64,000 nt of DNA from assembly GCA_043803745.1 (NCBI GenBank), contig JAZDJS010000026.1:5025-69024 (forward strand). The letters run 5' to 3'. The notes below the pieces were generated by a model. The model was not told the origin of the DNA. It did not search any database and saw nothing but the letters and a program-made list of their open reading frames with translations. This document shows positions 34,701-43,600 of this stretch, in pieces (the stretch's first letter is position 1; the number at the start of each line of letters is the position of its first letter). The stretch is from an archaeon (GTDB taxonomy: Archaea; SpSt-1190; DYHY01). A program made the translations under genes and the position numbers.

Positions 34701-37672
34701 CGGCATATCCGAGCGGAGTGATAAGTTCGGTCCACGCAACCTCCCCGGCAACCGCGTCAAGCACGCACAATTACACCGTCAGAGTCAACACCACAAACCA
34801 GTTCGGAAGCACTGTCTCCTCCGCCGGAGGGAACGTCAGCGCATATCTTGCGAACACGACGAGAATCTCCTGCGTGAACACATCCCTTTCAGACTGGTTC
34901 TGCGCAGTGCCGGTCTCCACCGCAGCAACGGTAAGAACGACCCTTCAGGCGTACATTTCCGCAAACAATTCGCTGACGGCACCGGCGAATTCCGGGAACC
35001 AGTCAAGGATTTCGAGCGGAAACCTTTTCACGGCAGTCGTCTATACGCGGGACGAGCTCGGCAACTTTCCGGACCTCCGCACCGGCTCCGCGGTCAGCCT
35101 TGCCGGATATTCATGTGTCAACAATTCAGTTTCCGCATTCCTCTGGGGCTGCGCAGTTCCGTGGTCAACCTCGGGAAACGCGACAATTTCCGCCTCCGGG
35201 ATGATTTCCTGGAATTCCGGACCGTACATCACGAACTCGTATGACGGACCCCAGATCTCAGTCCAACCAACCCTGCAATACACCTTGCTTGTGAACCTGA
35301 CCGATCAGATAGGCAATGCCCTTTCGGGGGCGACAGTGACTGCGACCAATTCGGCGGTCAGCTGCTATTCAAACCTGAGCAGATACTACTGCCCCGTTTC
35401 CTCCGCCTCCTCCGCCGTGACGGCTTCGAAAGTCGGGTTTGTCAACAGGACGGTCACTACAGCCGGGATTTCCTCAGCAGGACCCCAGACGGTCCTCCAA
35501 ATGACATATGCCAATAATTCCGGATTGCCCTATTCCGCAAGCATCCGGGTTACCCGCGAAGTCAACAACAGCAACATTGAGATGTCCCAAGATGTCTCAT
35601 TCATCAACGCAACGAGCGGGGCGCAGGTCTTCCCGGCGGGAAACTCCTCAAACCCCTCAACCCCCAACATCTTCTATTTTGCATTCCCGGAAGGATCCCA
35701 GGAACTGTTCGTCCGGAAGGCGGGATATGTCGACAAGCAGGTCTACTTCACAACGAGCCAGGCAACGCCATATGACAACTCGAACACTTCGAACAGTTTC
35801 TCGCTTCGCATCTACCTTCATTCCGAAAGCGGCGCGGCAATAACGAGCGGCGCCGTCCTTTATCCCTACCAATACCACCAGGACGGCTCATACTATTATT
35901 TCGCAATCCCTTCCGGAACCGCAACGGTTTACGCCGGAAAGACGGGATATGTCAACAATTCCACAACGGTTTCAATAAACACAACCTATCCGCAGGGCCA
36001 AGTGCAGGCGCCGCTCAAGCTCCAATTCACGCTGAAGGTCGTTTCAGTTGATTGGGGCGGAGCTTCCCTGAACGGAACGACCGTCAACGTAACATATGCC
36101 GCCAACAGCTCGCTCCTTGCTTCACAGACCCTTTCCTCGTCCGAGAACACCGCCTATTTCGACCTTTCCCATACGACGCCGGCGATAATCGTTTCGGTTT
36201 CCAAGGCGAATTACAACACCGTCGGATTCGGCCCCACAGCGCTCTCCCAGTCGAGCCAGGCAAGCATGCAGTCGGCGCACGCCCAGAACATCATAGTCAA
36301 TCTGACTGATTGGGGCGGAGCCGCCCTAGGCAGCGCAACGGCAACCCTCTATCGGAACGACTTTTCAACCTCGAACAAAATAGCCAAATGCACAACCCTT
36401 CCCTCGGGACTGTGCACTTTCACCTCATACAACGGCGTGGCGGATCCCGACACAAGCAGTTTCAATTCATCCAGGGTTTCCCAGGGCGATTTGATAGTTG
36501 TTTCAGCGGACAAACCCGGATTCGGGCAGATACAGACCGCCGATGGCAGGTATTACTACCAGAATTCCTCGACGCCCCTTCCAGCGGGAACGTTCAAACT
36601 CGGAGCGAAAATAACCGTTTTCGCGAACCAGGCATGGGGCTCGGGGAACCCGATAGCCGGGGCAACGATCAGCCTCAAGAACACTTCGAACGTCCAGATT
36701 GCGAGCATCACAACCAATTCAACCGGCGGCGGGGCGTTCAGCCCCAACTATTACGCCTCCAACAGCCCGAGCGATTCGTCGATAGCTTCAGGGGAGCTCC
36801 AGAACCTTGCGAATTATGCCGCATATTTCTCAAAGCTCGGGTATTCCAACCAGACGAACGCATCGACTTTTAATTCCTCCCTGCCCAAAACCCTGACCTT
36901 CACCGGATATGACTCTGCTGCGCCGGTCTTCACGTTCTACTGGCCGGACGGCTCGGTTTATGACGGAATAGAAAGCTCGCCATACAACGGGAGCGCGATA
37001 GGGCTCGAGAACTTCACGGTGAACTTTTCAGTCTCAGACCCGTACGGGACTGACGGCTCGGGCGTTAACCTCAGCAACATCACGGTCGGGGTAATCAACT
37101 CGACGCAATCATTCCAACTCAAGACACTCAGCTGCCCTTCCGGAAGCTGTTCGACTTCATTCTCCGGAAAGGAATTCCCCGTCCAGAATCTCACCCTGAG
37201 GTTCGGCGCCCTTGACAATTTCGGGAATGGCAACACCTCAGATTCCCTCCTGATCTCAATACCCGCCGTGAACGTGACCGGAATCGGTTTCGTTAACGCA
37301 AGCGCGTATTCCAACGGTCTTGGCTACTGGAACTTTTCATTCAACCTCGCGCTCAAGGGGGCTTTCGCCCGCATGAAGCTTTCCGACTTTACGGGACTTG
37401 TCGGGGGATATGTCAACATAACCGACCCTTCCTGTGCCGAAAGCCATTGTGCGAACCTGTGGTACTACAACGCAACGAGCTGCGCCGCGGAGAGCGTCCC
37501 GGTCTACAACGAGTTCAACGCAACCGTCACACCCTACGCCTTCTGCGACAGGAACTTGACGACAACTTACCTGCGTGAGCAGACTGCCTTCCTCGTGATG
37601 ACCGTGCCGCCGGGCGCCCAGTCGGACAAATACAACGCAAGCTACGGGTTTGCGGGAGGGGGCTCTTCATAA
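31760..37672 (+). CDS. giant secreted cell-surface protein (1970 aa; S-layer/adhesin-like, heavily N-glycosylation-sequon-rich) with repeated Cys-pair modules
   Basis: An N-terminal signal/TM segment (LLALSVFLFLFLFLFTASFAASP), S/T/N-rich composition with dozens of N-x-S/T sequons, and at least six ~100-aa repeats each ending in C-x8-14-[WY]GCP (HVYGCRIP, SLWGCPATS, HTWGCPVPIG, DWFCAVPV, FLWGCAVPW, RYYCPVSS). It is paralogous to the next gene (shared LKYTLKVVS.DWGGA.LNGTT and HAQNII blocks). Confidence 0.75.
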   Translation: MRRDNALLALSVFLFLFLFLFTASFAASPSFSPYVTRSGFSNPSVLTTNQSEVSMTIWTGTISADAFITSVEINIAGLNPVEGQVLSVPEPTCPSGISTRNIINEQTLLCSTGMSESGIAGGSNVPITLTLNRVKDSVGTNPNQISIKLVDEQLNETTMLIDFTIQNKPALASSVAVGYPATVSKGQIGVPVTFRTINTASSPAAAANSVTQDAVIRDAGGAAISAVSYTQTPSGAISLGSGQEVNFTFYVDVPVGAAAGLMTHWFNLSAVDPNSGRVFTSATVQNSTTVLTPPNLNATLLLNNTAFISNIYPYNTALLTVRLNNTGEARANLTGASLVFLDSNGLDRTANFIYANTTQLNASIPASATTDISFNVTGIGSWAGGAVTVNYTVYYVDGGSGLSCGPYRTNHSNAFTYDTVAPLVNFHSYDGNTSNYRDTQDGTAAIVVNATDSSSGLTPSALVLFTAKDGSTVRTTNLSCSPPLCSGTVDVDELSLDIYGDTQTRVVVSDAVGNNATATASVFFYNVRLFAKDGFNNYYIEEPNFTNPVFALLNMTNGERTACLGQPFGSSLCAVPFGTVVNVSLSSVSHVWNQSDGNRTLCIGTGTTTSCNKAFPSSAHINDTIYLLPNTLITLQNEFGIPVKAFNVTVRDSLSWFVYLSDGAVGDENSSDGALLFPFDTGKHQTPFTAEFNVAPNYNNTGLSFWTQQFTPSNATLTTISKTSKFSVLFNLLDEFGNAIDRTGGSAVYNQLNEFGFSAVACVTNPVDNHVYGCRIPTAAEVANASYPSQGASFSVSKPGYVDFSTVRVVPPTSPASAQVNATARANFTILIIPTDAWNVSTIDGNSIDSVISEFAGACYRNGTQSLWGCPATSSDTYVNVTPVNSSGFLNRRILINPSQAQQKTNYSASNYTLEVNASEEVFGGRLHSNDISQVLFNGSINCIGKPAPADHTWGCPVPIGTALSPVYVNTSSQSGYLSATAYPSGVISSVHATSPATASSTHNYTVRVNTTNQFGSTVSSAGGNVSAYLANTTRISCVNTSLSDWFCAVPVSTAATVRTTLQAYISANNSLTAPANSGNQSRISSGNLFTAVVYTRDELGNFPDLRTGSAVSLAGYSCVNNSVSAFLWGCAVPWSTSGNATISASGMISWNSGPYITNSYDGPQISVQPTLQYTLLVNLTDQIGNALSGATVTATNSAVSCYSNLSRYYCPVSSASSAVTASKVGFVNRTVTTAGISSAGPQTVLQMTYANNSGLPYSASIRVTREVNNSNIEMSQDVSFINATSGAQVFPAGNSSNPSTPNIFYFAFPEGSQELFVRKAGYVDKQVYFTTSQATPYDNSNTSNSFSLRIYLHSESGAAITSGAVLYPYQYHQDGSYYYFAIPSGTATVYAGKTGYVNNSTTVSINTTYPQGQVQAPLKLQFTLKVVSVDWGGASLNGTTVNVTYAANSSLLASQTLSSSENTAYFDLSHTTPAIIVSVSKANYNTVGFGPTALSQSSQASMQSAHAQNIIVNLTDWGGAALGSATATLYRNDFSTSNKIAKCTTLPSGLCTFTSYNGVADPDTSSFNSSRVSQGDLIVVSADKPGFGQIQTADGRYYYQNSSTPLPAGTFKLGAKITVFANQAWGSGNPIAGATISLKNTSNVQIASITTNSTGGGAFSPNYYASNSPSDSSIASGELQNLANYAAYFSKLGYSNQTNASTFNSSLPKTLTFTGYDSAAPVFTFYWPDGSVYDGIESSPYNGSAIGLENFTVNFSVSDPYGTDGSGVNLSNITVGVINSTQSFQLKTLSCPSGSCSTSFSGKEFPVQNLTLRFGALDNFGNGNTSDSLLISIPAVNVTGIGFVNASAYSNGLGYWNFSFNLALKGAFARMKLSDFTGLVGGYVNITDPSCAESHCANLWYYNATSCAAESVPVYNEFNATVTPYAFCDRNLTTTYLREQTAFLVMTVPPGAQSDKYNASYGFAGGGSS

Positions 37673-40600
37673 TGGCGAACGGACGCGGAAAGCTCGCTGC
37701 CGCCTCGATCACGCTCCTCTACCTGGCGCTCTCACTCGCCTTTTCAATCCCGGTTTTCACGGCCGACCTGAGCCCCAATGCAGTCAGCACCGGGCAGAAC
37801 GTCTCTTTCACGCTCGTTGTTTCGAACACCGGGTCTGAGCTAATCGAGAACGTTTCAATCAGCATGAACCCGCTCAATTCCGAGGGCAAGATAACCTCCG
37901 CCGACTGCGACGCCTCAAGGTTCTCGGGGTCAATAATAACCGGGACAAACCTCAACCTCCTGATATGCCTGCGTCAGGGGTCAAGCGGGATAAGTACCGG
38001 GCAGTCTGCGACAATCCGCTTCAATTTCTCAGCAGCGCCCCTTTCCAAACCAATCCCGAACCCGGTCACAATCTCGATCTATGCATACAACACGACCCAG
38101 GAATCTGATTTCCGGACTGACGGAGTCGAATTCGAGAACGCCGCTTCCCTCTCAACAACACTTTCCTCGCCGCTTCCCTCCAGAATTATTGCGGGACAGA
38201 CCGGAATCTTCGCCAATTTCACCGTGATAAACAACGGGGATGCCACCGCAAGCACGGTCACTCCCGCCGCCTCAATAGGCGCGCCCTACGGCTCAATAAC
38301 CCCGACAGTAATACCGGCGCCGCAGAACATACTGGGCGGGGGCTCCCGCACCTTCGAGGCGAGGTTTGACTTGCCCTCCGGAGCCGCTTCAAGCTCCCTC
38401 ACCTTGAATTTCAACGCAACCGGAACGGATGTGAACAGCCTCCTCAATACCACAACGCAAGCAAGCTCGACAGCAACGGTTTACCTCCAGCCAAACCTCC
38501 AGATATACTCAATAACCCCGAACATCACCTTCGCTTCCGCGAATCCCGGCTACCGGACGGTCAGGCTTTCGGTTCTCGCCGGCGTGCTTGGTTCGGCTGC
38601 AACGATATCTGAAGCGAACATCACCGGGTTCTCGCTGAAAATAGTTTCCGGGAGCGGGGTTGATGAAAGCTCAAGCTATACCTCTCCGCTAAGAACCGAC
38701 TCGGTCGTAAGCATTGCAGCAGGGACCAACGCAACGCTGACCTTCGAGCTTTCGATCAACAACCCCGGCGAGGGGCAGAAATATGCAAACGTTTCGCTCA
38801 ACTACAACGACGGGATCGCAGGAATCTCCCCGAACCAAACGGCGCTCAACAACGGGACAATCTTCGCGGTTGACAACACGAACCCGACAATCAACATAGT
38901 CTCGGCAACCTCGGATTCGGGCGCGGGGTTCTTCAGGCAGGGCGAGACGATAACGGTAAGCTCGACGGTCACGGACGCCCTTTCAGGAATAGGCTCTCCG
39001 AGCTGCTCGGTTTCCATCGGAGGAATAAGCGCCGGAACCCTCAGCTTTACCTCGAACTCCTGCAACGGAACCGTGCAGATACCGCAGGACTCTTCGATCT
39101 ACGGAAGCGAAATCCTCTCAATATCGACCTCCGACGCCGTCGGCAATCTTGGGACGGGAACACTGACAGTGCAAATCTACACCCTTGCCGTAAACACAAC
39201 CGACATTCTGACGGGAGCGGACATAAAGGACGGGTCAGACCTTTCCAACGCAACAGTTTACGCCACCAACTCATCGGGAGGGCAGACCTTCTCGTGCACG
39301 CCACTTTACGGGACAAAGACCCACCTTTGCGGGGTCCCTCTCGGAACCGTTGTCAACATCTCCGCAACCTCCCCGGCATACGTTCGCAGCAATAACACGA
39401 CGGATTCCTCCAGGATTTGCGTCGGAACCGGAACCCTTTCCTCCTGCGCGGGAGCGCTCCCTTCCGGGGGATTTGCGCAGATAACAATATCCCTCACGCC
39501 AAACACAAAGATAACCGTCCTCAACGAGTTCAACCGGACGATCCTTTACGGCAACGTCACTGTCGGGGATTCTGCGGCAACCCCGTGGTACAAATCATTC
39601 ATGGACGGCGGCGCATATGACCACAACACGACAATCAACGGCATAATTGTCGCGCCAATTGACACCGGAAAGCACACGAGCCCGTTCCAGGTAAGGTTCA
39701 ATCTGGACGCCTCGATGAACCCCGGATATCTTGCCGCGACAAATTCGAACTACGTCCCGTCGCAGGAAAATCAGACCAACCTGACTATAACCGCGAGGTT
39801 CACAATATTTGTCCGGCTTTTCACGGAATTCGGGGCCCCGCTGAACACAACGACCGGAACGGTTTCATTCAGCCACTCGAGCGGAACATTCCCCTGCATC
39901 CAGAATCCGGCGAACTACTCGGAATACGGCTGTCTTGTGCCGACCCTTACCGAGAACCCGGGGCTTTCCTCCGGCGGGAACATAACGATAACCAAGCCCG
40001 GATATGTGACCAAGCGAATACAAGGGGCTGTCCCTCCGGCAAACCCCAGCGCAGCCCAGGTTCAGGCGTCAGAATTGCTCCAGTTCGACCTTGCGGTAAG
40101 GGTCACCGACGAGTTCGGCCTGGCAAACCTTACAACGTCCGAGGTCTCAAGAGTTTCCCTTATTTCGAGCAATTGCACGTACGGGAGCGGCGGCTTCTGG
40201 GGCTGCCCGGCGGTTTCCGGCGACGAAATCGGAATAACCGTGGAGCCGCTTTCATCGAGCGGATATCTCGTGAAGACAAGCCAGATAATCCCGTTCGTCG
40301 ATTATGTCCAGTCTTCCGTCGTAATCCCCCTGAAATACTCCCTGAAAATATTCGCAAGGGACGAGCTTGGGAACTATCTCAACGCAACGAACATTTCCGA
40401 GATAAAGTTCCTTTTCGGTTCCGGAGTATCCTGCACGAGGAACGGGAACACTTCGGAATGGGGCTGCCCCGTTTCGGCGGGAACCGCAGCAGCCCCGGTC
40501 CACGTTAACGCATCCTCTTCGAGCGGACGCCTGAACTACGTCATAGCAGCCCAGGCGATTCCCGCAAACACCTCAGAGTCCCAGCTCGTGAATTATTCGG

Positions 40601-43600
40601 CGAACAACTTCACGATACGGGTCCTGCCGGCTTCGGAGATGGGAACTGAACTTCCGCTTTCGGGCCTTTACGTCAGCTGGGGCGGGCAGAACGCATGCAT
40701 CCAGTCCGGCTCATACTGGTATTGCCCGGCGAACGCAAGCATTGCAACGAACGTTTCATCTGGCGCTGTCGGATTCATAAACTACCTGAACTCCTCGGTC
40801 AATTCCCCCGCGCTTTCCGGAAGCCAGCTGCTTGTGACAACCGCCAACAAATATTCCATCCTTGTCAACACGCTTGACGAGTTCGGCACGCCAAGGAACT
40901 TTTCATCCGGAAGGGTCTCGTTTGGAAGCGTTTCCTGCGTTTCTTCGGCGGGAAGGCCCTACGAATGGGGCTGCCCCTCGCCAGCCGGAACGCTTTCCCA
41001 GGCGAACGTTTCCCATCCCGGATATATCAACTTCACAAGTCCGGCTTCCTATACCGCCCCGGAGCAAACCGCGGCACAGGTCGTGATTAACTCCGCCAAC
41101 AAATTCACGCTCAGGGCGAACATCTACGACGAGCTTGGACAGGAGCTCCCTTCCGCGCAAGTTTCGTCCGGTTCGGTAGACTGCTATTTGATTGGCGGCC
41201 AGCCGGTCAACAGCTATTTCTGCCCCCTTGTTCCGCCCCAGGCAAGCCTCACAATTTCGAAAACCGGCTTCGTTTCCTCGACAGTGCAAATCTCCAGCCT
41301 CAACTACACCGAACAGCAGGTAATCACAATCAACAGCTCATCGACAAGCCCGAAGTATTCTGCCGTCCTGACAATCCGGAGGTCGCCCTCAAGCAACGAC
41401 GAAACGGAAATGACCAGCGCGACGTTCTTCAATCTCACCAATTCAGCGTCAATCCCATATTCGCAGAGAGTCCAGAACAGATATTATTTCGCCCTTGCCG
41501 AAGGGAGCGCTTCCTTGATTATACGGCACCAGAGCACCTACGTTGACAGGGCCTACAACTTCACAACCTCTTCCGTTGCCCAGCACGTTGGGGAGCCGGT
41601 TCTGGATTATCCGCTCAAGGCAATAGTTATTGCCGAGGATGGCGCCGGGATAGAGGGAGCGACCCTTGCCCTGAACGTTTCCGGAACTTTCATCGAGTCG
41701 AACACAATTTCCGAATACTATTCCTCCCTTGCCAACGGCGCTTATTCCGTATATGCCTCAAAAGTCGGATTCGTAACGTCCTCTCCCCAGGCGTTCAGCA
41801 TAAACACGACATATCCCGCCAACCAGACAACGGTCCAGGTTTCTCTCAAATACACCCTCAAGGTCGTTTCGAACGACTGGGGGGGCGCGCCCCTGAACGG
41901 GACGACAATTTCGGTTACGGGCCAAAGCATCCTGACCAATCCGGAGTCCTTGAACACCGCGTATTTCCCGGTCAATCCCGCGACAAGCCCGGTGGTCAAC
42001 GTCACCGTTTCGAAGACAGGCTACAACACCGTTGCGTTCGTTTCGGTGCCAATTTCCGCATCTTCGCAGAACGTGACAACGACAAGCCACGCCCAGAATA
42101 TAATTGCCCAGGTGCAGAATTGGGCGGGCAGCCCCCTTTCGGATGCCGTCCTCCGGCTCCACTCCAACGGAGCGGAGGTCGCCGACTGCGTCACGACCGC
42201 GAGCGGAACGTGCACTTTCGTTTCGACAAACGGAATCTCCACAACCGGGAACTTCAACTCCTCAGAGATGCCCCCCGGAGCAAGCGTAAGCTTTTCAGCT
42301 GAAAAACCGGACTATTGGAACGCACGTTCCGGCAATTACACCTATGCTGCGCAGAATTCGTCGCCCCCCCAAAGCCTTGGCGCGCTGAGGATAGGAATAC
42401 CTCCGAAGGTTCTTGTTGTGAAGGGCTGGAACACCAGCCTGCCTGTCGATGATGCGGCGGTCGTCCTCAATGCGGGCTCAACCCAAATCTCCTCAAACTC
42501 AACGGATTCCGGCGGATATGCGATCTTCCTCCCCAATTATTCCGCAGCTTCGTCGGGATCCGACTTCTTCATTTCCGGCGCCGAAGCGTCGTCCGGCGCG
42601 AACCTTTCCGCCCAGGGGTCGAAAACCGGATATTCTGGGAACATCACGAGCTTCAGTTTCAGCCCCGACACGAACTCAACAATCGTTCTCGTGCTTTCCG
42701 ACAGCGTTCCGCCCCAGCTCGAGCTGAACCTTTCCGGACGGGACGGCACCGCCTTCGTGGGCTTTGAGAACTTCAACGTCTCCCTCTTCTCCGACGAGCT
42801 TTATCCGCAGGATTCGTCAGGAGTGAACTATTCCGGCTCAAGCTACAGGATTTCCTGGGCGAACGGCACTATTGCCAGGGGCTCGGCGAGCCTGTCCTCC
42901 TGCTCCGGATACTGGTGCAACCTGACCGAGATAAACGGCTGGGACCTTCCGGTCGGCAGCCTTTATGTTGTCGTCAACGTCACGGACGGGCAGGGCAACT
43001 GGAATTCGACAAACATCTCCTTCGTCTCGGCTCCGGGCCTTAACGAAACGTTCGTCACAATTGAGAAAAGCACCGCTTCCTCGGCAGGAGACGACTTCTT
43101 CCTCGTGACATGGGGCCTCGTTGTCAAGGGAACCCAAGGGAAGCTGCGCGCCTCAAACCTCTATCCGGTGAACTGCTCAAGTTCGTGCGCGGAATTCCCG
43201 ATTCAAGGATGGGCAAATCTCGTTTATACGGATGTCGCAAGCTGCTACGGAACGGCGAGATATTCCGTTGTCAAGAACACGTTCCCGGCAGGGCAGACGC
43301 CCGCAACATTCTGCGACTATGATTTCTCGACCCAGTATGCCCGGGAACAGAACGTTTCCCTGAAGATTATTGTGCCGACCGGGCTTGCCAATGCAAGATA
43401 TAACGCGAGCTACTATTGGACCGCCCTGCAGCAGGACCTTCCAAGAGCGAACGTTTCGGTGAGTTCGGTAACCTCGTCCAATTCAAGCCCCGAAACCGGG
43501 ACGAACTTCACCGTGACGGTCCGGGTTTACGATGATGCGAACGGCGGGACTGCGGACGACATACTTGTTTCGCTGAACTCGACAATCGGCTCCGTTGTTT